Made by a program: the position numbers and the translations under genes. DNA of 64,000 bases from Dehalococcoidia bacterium (GTDB lineage Bacteria > Chloroflexota > Dehalococcoidia > UBA2979), in NCBI GenBank assembly GCA_963667465.2, contig CAXXDN010000002.1, forward strand, positions 1,760,001 to 1,824,000. Direction: 5' to 3'. Every line of letters starts with the position of its first letter. Within the stretch, counting starts at the first letter, position 1. Under the pieces are notes generated by a model that was given only the letters and a program-made list of their open reading frames with translations, was not told where the DNA came from and did not search any database. Shown in pieces: positions 1 to 9,230 of this stretch.

Positions 1-712
1 CGCGAGTTAACGCTGAGACGAACTCTAGCGCCCGAGCCTCTCCCGGACCCCCATAGGTCCGAGACTGCCAACTTGATCGATCGCCCAAGCCAAAGTCCAT
101 GCAGTCTGGATGGAACAGGCATCGCCAAGGTAAGGCCTTGGGGGAGGAATGAATGGAGCAGAAGTTCCTTGGACCTCGACCATCGTGAACGGGTCGGACC
201 ACATCAATGGGCGCTAAGGTGCATCCGATCTGATGAATACTTGGTGGTTGCTGTACACGACAGTTCCAGTACATCAGCGCTGTGTCGCAGTCAACGCTAT
301 TGTAGAAGCAATACAATGGAACCGCTCCCAACCAATCTGCGAAATCTTCAAGAGCATCCATTTGGTACTTCGAACCAGCCGGATACCTGAGCCTGCCATA
401 CGAGTATGCTTGGGATCGATCTAGCTTCATTTTCTTCGCTTGAACGACGCAAATGGTTGGCTGGTGTCCAGGTCTGGAAATCACCCATAGCCAGTCGAAT
501 CCCACCAACCGTTCCTTCCGCTTTGAGACCCGTTGAACGTCTATGCCGCTCAATCCGCTCCGGCGGATCTCCAGCATGGCCAGGTCCGAAATCGTATCTT
601 CAGAAAAGCCGAGCCCCAGCTTCCGTGCGTCGTGCAGCCAGCCCCAAGTCGATTCTGCCAAGTGCTCGAACAGGCCAAGGGCAGAGAGCCCCACTGTCTG
701 GAATGCGCGCAT
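1..712 (-). CDS. DUF6615-like putative PD-(D/E)XK nuclease-fold protein, 3'-partial
   Basis: Not in the ORF track. Manual translation from ATG 712 (GGAGG upstream) is open to the window edge: MRAFQTVGLSALGLFEHLAESTWGWL...SEDTISDL...GFDWLW...VVQAKK...Q..AL...PLYCFYN. Visibly lower GC than the backbone. Confidence 0.75.
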   Translation of the reverse strand, partial: MRAFQTVGLSALGLFEHLAESTWGWLHDARKLGLGFSEDTISDLAMLEIRRSGLSGIDVQRVSKRKERLVGFDWLWVISRPGHQPTICVVQAKKMKLDRSQAYSYGRLRYPAGSKYQMDALEDFADWLGAVPLYCFYNSVDCDTALMYWNCRVQQPPSIHQIGCTLAPIDVVRPVHDGRGPRNFCSIHSSPKALPWRCLFHPDCMDFGLGDRSSWQSRTYGGPGEARALEFVSALTR

Positions 713-1116
713 GCCTTGCTTGGCTCCTCCGCTCGAACCAGTGGTCGTGGTGGAGAGTGTATTCGTCAGCGCGCCATCCCTCCAGCGCGGAAGCGCCTGC
801 GACGTTGACGGACTGCACACCATATGCCTCGCCCATGCCGTCGGCCCGAGGTCGGCTATCAGCGTTCGCCTAGGGGGAAGCATCCGAGACCATCAACCGC
901 GTCGTGAACGACCGATCAGTCACGCTGTGAATGGATGTCAGGCGGAGGATCGTAGCGACGGGAGGCGGGGACGCATGCGGGGACGACCGCATTCGGATCC
1001 TGGCCGACTGCCCTGTCGCTGGACTGCGCGGACTGAAACGCAAAGGGCCGTACACATAGACGCCGAGGGGAGGCCACCGCACCACATGCTGGTGGCCTCC
1101 CCCGTTTGCTCCCGGC

Positions 1117-3366
1117 CTATCGTCTCTGGCCGACCGGCTCCGTCTCCCGCTCCCTTTCCAACGCCCACTCGAAGAGCGAGATGGATGCGGGCTCGGACCT
1201 CCGGCTGCGGCGCTTCGGCTCGGCCGTCTCCTCGGCCATGAACTCCGCCCACGAGAACAGCGAGCGCTGCGGTTCCGTGGCCTCGGTGTCCACGACGCCC
1301 GTCGCGACTTCGGCAGCCACCGGCTCCAGTTCCGGCTCGTGCCAGCCCTCGTCGACCAGCAACGCCTCGGCCTCGGCCGCGACCTGCTGGGCCTGCGCGA
1401 ACACCGACTCGACTGAGTCGGCGTCCTCCTCGCCGGCGACGATCTTGCGGGCCAAGGCGAGCATCAGGTCGTCGCCGTCGTCCCCGTGGGCGGCGAGGCC
1501 GTCCTCGGGCAGCTCACCCTCCACCGCCAGCGACGATTGGAGCTTCTTCGCCACGAGCTTGAGGGCGTCGGCCTGCAGGGTGTTCCGGTAGGCCATGAAG
1601 ACGACCTGGACGGGCTCGGTCTGGCCGATGCGCCAGGAGCGCCGTGACGCCTGCCGCATGGTGTAGACGGAGTAGTCCGTCTCGAACCAGACGATCGTCG
1701 GGAAGTCGACGAGGTCGAGGCCCGTCTGCACGAGTCGGGGGTGGCAGACGAGCACGTCGACGCCCTCCTCGACGCGCTTCGCCACCCACGCCTCGCGGCG
1801 CTCGGGCGGCACGGCGTCGGCCTTCATCACCGCGACCCGGAGGCCGTGGCGGCCGAGGAACTCCTCCATCCGCCCCGTGATGTCGCGCGTGCCCGTGTGG
1901 GTGGCGTAGACGAGCACCCGGCGGCCCGCCAGCCGCTCCGCGGCCACCAGGTCGAGCAGCGCCTGCTCCTTCGGATAGAGCCGCTCCCCGGGGAGGGGCG
2001 GGACCTGCACGAGCAGCTCCTCGCTCTCCGGGTCGAAGACCGCCTCGCCGCGCGTGCAGCCGTCGGGGTAGGCGAGCAGCGTCTGCAGGTAGGTCGCGAG
2101 CAGCCTTCTGGAACCCTTCGAGAGCGCGTCCGCGAGCGCCGCACGCAGCGTCCCGAAGAGCTCGTCGTAGCCCGAGCGCTGCGAGAGCCCCGCCGCGCCG
2201 GCCTCCGTGTCCATCGAGGAGAGCAGCACGCGCTCCTCGTAGGGCGGAAGCCCGGCGGCGACGTCGGAGAGCCGGAGGAACACCGAGTTGCCGATCAGGT
2301 GGAAGAGCGCGGCGGGGGCGAGCCCCGGACGCTCCCGGATCACCTTCCGGTACTTGCGGCGGCGGCTGGTGCGCCCGTCCTCCTCGGCCACGTCGTCGTC
2401 GCGCCCGATGGTGTGCTCGACGAAGCCGTAGCGCTCGATCCAGCGGCCCTCCTCGGAGCGCCCGAACTCCCCCCTGATCTCCGGGCTGAACCGGTAGAGC
2501 AGGTGGAAGAGCGTCGAGGAGTAGCCGCCCATGAGCGTGCCCGAGAGGCTGAGCGACTTGCCGCAGGCGTCGGCGAGCACGCCGGCGGCGATGCCCTGGG
2601 CGGAGCCGCGGCCCTTGTACTCGTGGACCTCGTCGCCGACGAGCAGGTCGAAGAAGCCCTTGAGGCGGTGCTTCACGTAGTCGGCGAGCGGGTAGCGCTT
2701 CGGCCCTGAGCGGTCGGCCTGCCAGAGCGCGGAGCCGCACTCCGGGCACCAGCGCTTGCGGCGCGCGAGGTCGCGGCCGAGCAGCGGCACGCCGTCCTTG
2801 TCGACGATCTGCTCGTGGCAGTCCGGGCAGCACGGCACCCGGAACGGCTCGCCCGTCTCCTCGTGGCGCACGAGCCCACGGGCGGTGGTGGCCCAGCGCT
2901 CCACCACGGCGGGCTGCCAGCGGTAGGAGAGCTTGGCCCGCTCGCGCGACATGATCGTGAAGAGCGGTCCACTGCCGGTGGCAGTGCGCAGCCGCTCCAG
3001 ATCGGTGATCGAGGCGACGATCACGGCGCGGGCGCCGGGCACCGTCGCCTCCACCTCGCGCTTCCACTTGCGGGTGAGGTGCGGCGGGCAGAGCACGAGC
3101 ACCCGCTCGAAGCCGGCCATGTAGGCCGCCGAGGCGGCGATGAAGGTCTTGCCCGTGCCCATCTCGCCGACGACAGTCGTGCCGCGCTGCGCCTCGAGCG
3201 AGAGCGCGGCGCCGCGGATGGCGTCGGCCTGTGCGCCCAGGGGAGCACGCAACAGGGGCGGGAGTTCGCGGCCCTGCTCGGAGGGCCGGTAGCGGGGTGG
3301 GTAGGACTCCACCACCCGCCGGGCGATGGCGTCGCGGTACGTGTCGATGAATCCTGCGAGGTCCAT
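1117..3366 (-). CDS. ICE-associated superfamily 2 (SNF2/DEAD-like) helicase
   Basis: Walker A GEMGTGKT, DEVH box, LSGT motif III, C-terminal TGLDL...QASRRSWRIGQ, CPDC/CPEC zinc motifs. Confidence 0.9.
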   Translation of the reverse strand: MDLAGFIDTYRDAIARRVVESYPPRYRPSEQGRELPPLLRAPLGAQADAIRGAALSLEAQRGTTVVGEMGTGKTFIAASAAYMAGFERVLVLCPPHLTRKWKREVEATVPGARAVIVASITDLERLRTATGSGPLFTIMSRERAKLSYRWQPAVVERWATTARGLVRHEETGEPFRVPCCPDCHEQIVDKDGVPLLGRDLARRKRWCPECGSALWQADRSGPKRYPLADYVKHRLKGFFDLLVGDEVHEYKGRGSAQGIAAGVLADACGKSLSLSGTLMGGYSSTLFHLLYRFSPEIRGEFGRSEEGRWIERYGFVEHTIGRDDDVAEEDGRTSRRRKYRKVIRERPGLAPAALFHLIGNSVFLRLSDVAAGLPPYEERVLLSSMDTEAGAAGLSQRSGYDELFGTLRAALADALSKGSRRLLATYLQTLLAYPDGCTRGEAVFDPESEELLVQVPPLPGERLYPKEQALLDLVAAERLAGRRVLVYATHTGTRDITGRMEEFLGRHGLRVAVMKADAVPPERREAWVAKRVEEGVDVLVCHPRLVQTGLDLVDFPTIVWFETDYSVYTMRQASRRSWRIGQTEPVQVVFMAYRNTLQADALKLVAKKLQSSLAVEGELPEDGLAAHGDDGDDLMLALARKIVAGEEDADSVESVFAQAQQVAAEAEALLVDEGWHEPELEPVAAEVATGVVDTEATEPQRSLFSWAEFMAEETAEPKRRSRRSEPASISLFEWALERERETEPVGQRR

Positions 3367-3404
3367 GTTTCCGTTCCTTTCGTGATTGCCATGGTCTTGA
3401 TGAA

Positions 3405-3479
3405 GCGAGGACCCGCCGGTTCCCGGTAGGGGAGGGCGGGGCCTCGTGGTGCGGCTCGTTGGGGTGAGCCGTCAGGCGG
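3405..3479. repeat. Intergenic hairpin repeat, copy A
   Basis: GCGAGGacCCGCC...GGCGGGGCCTCGTGGTGC-GCTCG...GGTGAGC-GTCAGGCGG, similar to 3705..3769. Confidence 0.75.
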
Positions 3480-3657
3480 TCGTGGCGTCGCGCCCGGCGC
3501 CGTCGTGGCAGCCGCCCTTGAGGTGGATGGCCCGCACCGGGGAGGCGACGGCCCGTCCATAGGCGAGGTCGACCGACGCCGTCCGTATGACGGGTTCGCC
3601 GGGGAGGATCGAGCGCCCGCAGCGGGCGCAGGTCTCCGGGGCCAGGGTCATCTGCAT
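3472..3657 (-). CDS. Small CxxC protein (61 aa)
   Basis: MQMTLAPETCARCGRSILPGE...AIHLKGGCH; purine-rich RBS GAGAGGAAG; 3' part of track ORF 3472..4194. Confidence 0.6.
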   Translation of the reverse strand: MQMTLAPETCARCGRSILPGEPVIRTASVDLAYGRAVASPVRAIHLKGGCHDGAGRDATTA

Positions 3658-3704
3658 CTGCTTCCTCTCTTCCTTCGGAGGGACGTTGTGTCCGTCGTGA
3701 CGTG

Positions 3705-3769
3705 GCGAGGCCCCGCGATCGCATGACCGCGGGGCCTCGTGGTGCCGCTCGAGGTGAGCGGTCAGGCGG
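3705..3769. repeat. Intergenic hairpin repeat, copy B
   Basis: GCGAGGCCCCGCG...CGCGGGGCCTCGTGGTGCCGCTCGAGGTGAGCGGTCAGGCGG. Confidence 0.75.
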
Positions 3770-4795
3770 CGATGTCTGTGATCTCGCCGATGTCGAGGTC
3801 GAGGGCGACGACGGTGGTCCGCAGTCGCTCCCGGTAGGTCTCCTTCTCGGGCGTGGTCTCGACGAGGACCATCTCCTTCGAGGTCCTGCCCTTGACGAGG
3901 ATGCGGCTGCCGTCCGCCTCGAGCTGGAGGTTGTCGAGGAACCCCGCCGCGACCAGCATCGCGAGGTGGCCGCGGCGCAGCGGCATGAGCGGCCGCGTGC
4001 GCCCGTCCTCGGCCGGCCAGAGCGCGTCGGTCACCGTGGCGCTGACCCAGAGCCCGGAGCCCCTCGACTCTGCAGCCGCGGCCACGGGGTCGATGGTGCG
4101 GGTGGCGAAGAGCACCTCGCCACCCGCGCTCGCCCGGGCGTTGTAGACGGGGTAGCGCTGGCGGCTCAGCTCCTCGACGTTGCCCTCCATGCACTCCTGC
4201 AGCCGCACGGCGCTGTACTGGTCGTACTGCACCTCGGCCTTGCGCGTGCCGGTGACGACGACCTGGTCGAAGGCGTCGCGCTCCGGGTCCGGGAAGGCCC
4301 AGCAGCGCAGCCGCGCGTAGTGCGAGGCGAGGTAGTTGGCGGAGCCCGCCAGCCGCCGCCTCGGCACCACGAAGACGAGCAGGCCGTGCTCGGCCAGATA
4401 GCGAGTGCAGTGGCGCAGGAACGCGTGCTCGGTGCGCTTCTCCTCCCCTGCATCGTCGTCGTACGGCGGGTTCAGGTAGAGCAGCCCGAACGCCCCGTTG
4501 GCGATCGACGTCTGGAAGAGGTCCGTGCCGAGCACGTGGTCGAGGCGGTCCTGCGCCTCCTTCGCGCGCTCGGCGTGGAGCTCCACCCCGTAGGTCTCGA
4601 CGGCGGAGCCGTCGGGCCGGTCGATGCCCGCTGCGAGCTGCGCGAGCGCGTCCCCGGCCCCGCGCAGGGGTCGAGGATGCGCAGCGTCGTCTCGCCGCGG
4701 ACGGTGCTGCGAGCCTGCATCAGGCTCGCGATCATCTCGGTGACTCGTGGCGGCGTCGGGTAGAACCCGCCCTTCGCCTGGGCTGCCAGTCTCAT
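3762..4795 (-). pseudogene. DUF6094-family SAM-dependent amino-DNA methyltransferase with one frameshift (real or sequencing error)
   Basis: N-terminus MRLAAQAKGGFYPTP...LDPCAG is in ORF 4472..4795. It continues as AGDALAQL...GVEL...LYLNPPY in the frame of ORF 3762..5234. One extra G in the run at 4658..4661 joins the two. Confidence 0.85.
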
Positions 4796-5445
4796 CTCGT
4801 GTCTCCTTCCGGGTGTTCATTGGTTGACTGCTCCCGCGGCAGCGTGAGCGTCCCGGCCGCCACGGCGTGCGAGAGGTCCTCGCGCAGTGCCTCGGCGTTC
4901 GGGGTGCAGCGGTAGGCGGCGATGCCGGCCGACTGCAGCGGCACGATCTCGTCCTCCGCCAGCCCCCGGCGCCACAGCCAGTCCGCCCAGTTGCGATGCA
5001 GGGGCAGGGGGCTGCGGCGGTCGAGGAAGCGGTGGTGCAGGGCGGGCGCCTCCTCCTCGCCGGGGGCGAGCAGCAGGAACGCGTCCCGCTCGAAGGCGTA
5101 CTCGGCGAGGCGGGTGTAGACGAGGGCGTGCCAGCCTCCCGAGACGGGCAGGCGGGCGATCTTCGTCGTCCACGTGCCGAGCGTTTCGTAGGGGACCTCG
5201 CAGCGGTGGAAGCCGCCCGAGAGCACGTTCCCATCCGTGCCGGCGAGCAGGTGCGCGGTCTCGGGCGGCCGCTTGAGGAGAGCGGCCCAGATTGCCTTGA
5301 GGGCGCTCTGGGCGCCGACCATCGATAGGAACCAGAGTCCCTCGCTGTCGGGGTCGCGCGCGAAGGCGTCGGCCGTGGCCGAGAAGCCGTTCGCGCTGAT
5401 CGTGTACAGGTCCCGGGTGTCCGGGGCGGCGTGCGCCGCGAGCAT
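4792..5445 (-). CDS. Conserved ICE hypothetical protein
   Basis: 217 aa, strong RBS, overlaps the methyltransferase start. LWFLSMVG...SPLPLHRNW resembles the protein found with DUF6094 and helicase genes in proteobacterial ICEs (recognised from memory). Confidence 0.7.
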   Translation of the reverse strand: MLAAHAAPDTRDLYTISANGFSATADAFARDPDSEGLWFLSMVGAQSALKAIWAALLKRPPETAHLLAGTDGNVLSGGFHRCEVPYETLGTWTTKIARLPVSGGWHALVYTRLAEYAFERDAFLLLAPGEEEAPALHHRFLDRRSPLPLHRNWADWLWRRGLAEDEIVPLQSAGIAAYRCTPNAEALREDLSHAVAAGTLTLPREQSTNEHPEGDTR

Positions 5446-5506
5446 GGGCTGTCTCCTTCCGTTGAGTGCCTGGTGGTTCGTGCGCGGGCGAGCGCCCGCG
5501 TGTGCG

Positions 5507-6004
5507 TCAGCCGCCGAAGAGCCCGCGCTCCCGGAGGCTGACGGCCTCGTCGCCGATCACGATGTGGTCGAGCAGCTCGATGCCGAGCAGCGTCGCCGCC
5601 TCCGCCAGCGCCTTCGTGACGTCGACGTCGTTGGTGCTCGGTGACGCGTCTCCGCTGGGGTGGTTGTGGACGACGATGAGGTTGGGGACGGCCTCGACGA
5701 CCGCCGGCCGCAGCACCTCGGCGAGCCGCACGACCGCCGAGTAGCAGTTGCCGAGGTAGATCACGCGCTGCCCGACGACGCGGTTGCGGCGGTCGAGCAG
5801 CAGCACGCGCAGCTGCTCCTGCGCGAGCGTCGCCATCTCCGGGCCCAGCAGGCGCTGCACATCCTCCGGCGAGCCGACGATCGGAGCGTCCGGCTCGCGC
5901 TCGGGCCGCGTCTCGACCTCGTAGCGCACGGCCAGCTCGCTCAGGACGTCGAGGTTGCTGCGGAGCGCCGCGAGCAGCGCGTCCGCGTGCCCGGTGGCGG
6001 TCAT
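5507..6004 (-). CDS. radC: RadC-like JAB domain protein
   Basis: QEQLRVLLLD...HNHPSGDASPSTND...LLDHIVIG. Confidence 0.9.
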   Translation of the reverse strand: MTATGHADALLAALRSNLDVLSELAVRYEVETRPEREPDAPIVGSPEDVQRLLGPEMATLAQEQLRVLLLDRRNRVVGQRVIYLGNCYSAVVRLAEVLRPAVVEAVPNLIVVHNHPSGDASPSTNDVDVTKALAEAATLLGIELLDHIVIGDEAVSLRERGLFGG

Positions 6005-6540
6005 ACCGTCACCTCCACGGGGATCGCCTGCCCGAGCGGGCAGTTGCAGTCCTGGTGGTCGGGCGAAGCCTCGTCGTCGCAGTCGAGGCAGTTGCCGCAG
6101 TTGCGGCAGGCCACCCGCTGGTGGGCGGCGTCGCGGGCGTGACGCCGGGCGACGGTGTCCTCCCAGCAGCAGTTGCGCTCGCAGTTGTCGCCGTGGTCGT
6201 CCCCGGCCGCAGCGGCGGCGTCCAGCTCGCAGGCGCGGCAGTGCGTGCGCCCGCGCACGATCGGGTGACCGCAGCCGGGACAGTCACCGCCGTAGTCGCC
6301 GCTGCGCTGGAGCTCGGCCCGCACGATCTGGCGGGCCGAGGGGTGGCCGTCGGGTCCGCCGGACTCGGCGACGTAGTGCCAGGCCCACTTCGCCCCGAGG
6401 TCGGCCCAGTCGTCGGTGCGGTAGGACCAGCCGTCGCAGGTGCAGTGGCCGTTGAAGTGGTCCGGACCCTCGAGCAGGGTCATGACCAGCGTGTGCGCGC
6501 TCCAGGTGGGGAGCGCGGCGCATTCGGTAGTGCGCGCCAT
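6001..6540 (-). CDS. Cys/His-rich hypothetical protein
   Basis: RBS ACGAAGGAGA; overlaps the radC start; motifs CTC, CPGC, CRAC, CERNCC, CRNCGNCLDC, CNC. Confidence 0.7.
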   Translation of the reverse strand: MARTTECAALPTWSAHTLVMTLLEGPDHFNGHCTCDGWSYRTDDWADLGAKWAWHYVAESGGPDGHPSARQIVRAELQRSGDYGGDCPGCGHPIVRGRTHCRACELDAAAAAGDDHGDNCERNCCWEDTVARRHARDAAHQRVACRNCGNCLDCDDEASPDHQDCNCPLGQAIPVEVTV

Positions 6541-6582
6541 GTTCGGTTCTCCTTCGTGTGTTGCTGATCGGGTGGAACGAGA

Positions 6583-6620
6583 GCGGGGCCGCCCCCGTGA
6601 GGGAGCGGCCCCGTGTGCGC
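6583..6620. repeat. Intergenic hairpin repeat, copy C
   Basis: GCGGGGCCGC...GCGGCCCCGTGTGCGC; shares the 15-mer CGGCCCCGTGTGCGC with 7150..7164. Confidence 0.7.
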
Positions 6621-6659
6621 CCGCGACGTGGCGGACGGCGTCTGTGTGCCGTGAGGTGG

Positions 6660-7058
6660 CTAGAAGGGCTGGTCGTCCGCGACCTCGGCGGCGGCGTCGC
6701 GGCTACCGTTCCCGTTGCCGTTGGAGCGCCCATTGCCGTTCGAGTCGAGGAAGATGACCTCCTGCGCGTGCACCTCGCTGCGGTGGCGGCGCTGGCCGTC
6801 CTGCGTCTCGTAGCTGTTCTGGGCGAGCGAGCCGGCAACGAAGATGCGGTTGCCCTTCTTCACGTACTCGGCGACGGCCTCGGCCTGCTTGCCCCAGCAG
6901 ACGACGTTGTGCCAGTCGGCCTCGGTCTCGCCGTTCTGGCGGCGGCGGTCGGTCGCCAACCTGAGCTGGCAGATCGCCGTGCCGTTCTGGCTGTACTTCA
7001 GCTCCGGGTCGGTCCCGACGCGGCCCAGCAGCTCGATGCGGTTGATCGTGCGTGACAT
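6660..7058 (-). CDS. ssb: Single-stranded DNA-binding protein
   Basis: INRIELLGRVGTDPELKY...WHNVVCWGKQAE...KKG, acidic tail DDQPF. Confidence 0.96.
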   Translation of the reverse strand: MSRTINRIELLGRVGTDPELKYSQNGTAICQLRLATDRRRQNGETEADWHNVVCWGKQAEAVAEYVKKGNRIFVAGSLAQNSYETQDGQRRHRSEVHAQEVIFLDSNGNGRSNGNGNGSRDAAAEVADDQPF

Positions 7059-7130
7059 TTCAGTCTCCTTCGTTGGTGATGGTTGTCACCGTGGCGGTGC
7101 GGCCTCGCCGCACCTAGGTTCGAAACGACG

Positions 7131-7164
7131 GCGGGGCCACCCCGAAGGACGGCCCCGTGTGCGC
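7131..7164. repeat. Intergenic hairpin repeat, copy D
   Basis: GCGGGGCCAC...ACGGCCCCGTGTGCGC. Confidence 0.7.
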
Positions 7165-7251
7165 TCCCGTCCGGGAGCGTCTCTGCAGCGCTTGTGCCTC
7201 AGGCACCTGCGATGGGCACCTCCTTCCGTACGTTCGCTGGCTGCTGGCGGC

Positions 7252-7983
7252 TCAGGCGGCCTTCGGCGTCTCGCTCGCGCCGTCCTCCTGGAGCTTCCGC
7301 GCGGCGGCCTCCACCAGCGGGGTGAGGGCCGCGACCGGCAGGTCGTCGAGGTCCCGACCCGTGCGCTCGCGCACGGCGGAGCGCACCTTCGCCTCGTCGA
7401 AGCCCCGGCAGTTGCCGAGGTCGACGAGCGTCTTGCGCAGCGACGGCGCGACGTCGCCCGTCGCGCCGTCGCCGTAGAGGCTGTTCCCGAACTGGTCGCC
7501 GTAGCTCCGCAGCGCCCGCTTGAGCGCATTGGTCACGACGCCCTTGTGCGCGGTCTCGTGGCCCTCGACCGTCTCGTCGGCGACGGCCTGGAAGCCGACG
7601 TCGGTACGCGACGGCGAGCCGGGAACCGTGACGCGCACGGTCGCGGTGTAGGCGCGCCACGGCTTCGCCTCGCCCGTCCTCGGGTCGACGCTCTCGCCCT
7701 CGCGTAGCTCCACCGGGGCGACCAGCTCGTAGCCCCAGCCGCCGTGGCCGAAGACTCGGTTCGCCTGGTCGATGGCCGTGCGCCCCTCGAGGTAGGCGTA
7801 GCTGCGGTTGCCGCGCCCCTTGCGCTGCGAGACGAGCCCCTCGTCGAGGGGCTCGGCCAGCTTCGTGGTTACGGCGGTCGGGAGGCTCTCCCACAAGAGA
7901 TCCCGCTCGGTGACGGGCTCCGGGTGGACGCCGTTGGCGCTCGCGCCGTTGCGGCGACCGTTGAGGGTTGTGGTCTCTACCAT
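7252..7983 (-). CDS. Rad52/Rad22-family ssDNA annealing protein
   Basis: VSQRKGRGNRSYAYLEG...ANRVFGHGGW...AHKGVVTNALKRALRSYGDQFGNSLY; ATG 7983 with RBS GAAGGAGA. Confidence 0.9.
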   Translation of the reverse strand: MVETTTLNGRRNGASANGVHPEPVTERDLLWESLPTAVTTKLAEPLDEGLVSQRKGRGNRSYAYLEGRTAIDQANRVFGHGGWGYELVAPVELREGESVDPRTGEAKPWRAYTATVRVTVPGSPSRTDVGFQAVADETVEGHETAHKGVVTNALKRALRSYGDQFGNSLYGDGATGDVAPSLRKTLVDLGNCRGFDEAKVRSAVRERTGRDLDDLPVAALTPLVEAAARKLQEDGASETPKAA

Positions 7984-8183
7984 GTGTCTCTCCTTCGTGC
8001 TGTGCGTTGCCTGGGTGGACTGCTGCGGGTCTCCCGGCGGGAGGCCCGTGCGCGGGGCGGAGCCCCGTCGGTCATCGGTCATCGCGCCTCCTCTCTGTGG
8101 GCGGCTGGTCGGGCAGGCACGCGGGGGCGGCCCGGCTCGTAGCGAGCCGGGCTGTCCGCTGTCCGCCGGGTGGGATGGGTGGG

Positions 8184-9230
8184 CTAGCGGGCGGCGCGGG
8201 CCGCCCGTTCGAGGAGGCGCAGGAAGACCCCGCGCCCGTCTGGTTGCGTAGCCAGTTCGGCCACGTCGGCAACGCCCTCAGGCAGCGTCACGACGGCGGC
8301 GCGGCGGCCGAGCAGGTCGCCGAGCCGCGCCGTGGCTTCACGCCCGGCGTCGTCCCGGTCGAAGGCGAGGAAGACGTTGGGGCAGCCACGCAGGGCGGGT
8401 GCCACGCGCTCCATGCCCTGCGTGCCGAGGGCGGCGCAGACGGGCAATCCCCACTCGCTCAGGACGAGCCAGTCGAAGACGCCCTCGGTCACGACCGCCC
8501 ACGGCGGCGCGGGACCGAGCCGTCCCACGCCGAGCACGGGCTTCGGGCCGGGCAACGCCTGGAAGCGGGGTGAGCGCTCCCGGTCGATGGCCCGCCCCGC
8601 CAGCCAGCGGACGCGACCACCCGCGACCTCGGGGACGACCACCATCCCAGCGAAGCGCTCCCCCTGCTCCGTGAAGAGCCCGCTCTCGCGGATCCGTCCG
8701 GCCGCGAAGCCCGCGGACGCGAGCACCGTGCGCAGCCCGCGCCCCGGCGCGTAGCCGAGGCCGAGCCGCGCGGTCGTCTCGAGGCCGACCCCGCGTGAAG
8801 CGAGGTACGCCCTCGCCCCGGGACTGCCGCGAAGCTGCCCCGCGTAGTACCTCGCTGCCGCCGTCGCGATCACCGGGTCGGGCGGCGGGACCGCCGTCTG
8901 AGCACCGGCCCGTCGAGATGCTCCGAGGTGGGCCCGCGCGGTCGTGGGCGGAAAGGCGTCGAGCCTCCGGATCGCCTCCGGCAGGCTCAGGCCCTCGGTG
9001 CGCCGGACGAAGTCCAGCACGTCGCCGCCTTCGCCGCAGCCGAAGCAGTAGAAGCGCTCGGTGTCGGCGTAGACCGTGAAGCTGCCCTCGGCCTCTTCGT
9101 GGAAGGGGCAGACGCCCTGGCGGACGCGGCCCCTGCCGCGCAGCCGCACACCCGACGCCTCCACGACGTCGCCCAGCGGGTGACGCCCCTTCAGTGCCGT
9201 GATGTCGACGGGTGCGTGCGCGGCGACCAT
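8184..9230 (-). CDS. DnaG-like primase (CHC2 zinc finger plus TOPRIM)
   Basis: CPFHEE...FYCFGC; VVTEGVFD; LAFDRDDAG. Start overlaps the upstream stop codon. Confidence 0.9.
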   Translation of the reverse strand: MVAAHAPVDITALKGRHPLGDVVEASGVRLRGRGRVRQGVCPFHEEAEGSFTVYADTERFYCFGCGEGGDVLDFVRRTEGLSLPEAIRRLDAFPPTTARAHLGASRRAGAQTAVPPPDPVIATAAARYYAGQLRGSPGARAYLASRGVGLETTARLGLGYAPGRGLRTVLASAGFAAGRIRESGLFTEQGERFAGMVVVPEVAGGRVRWLAGRAIDRERSPRFQALPGPKPVLGVGRLGPAPPWAVVTEGVFDWLVLSEWGLPVCAALGTQGMERVAPALRGCPNVFLAFDRDDAGREATARLGDLLGRRAAVVTLPEGVADVAELATQPDGRGVFLRLLERAARAAR

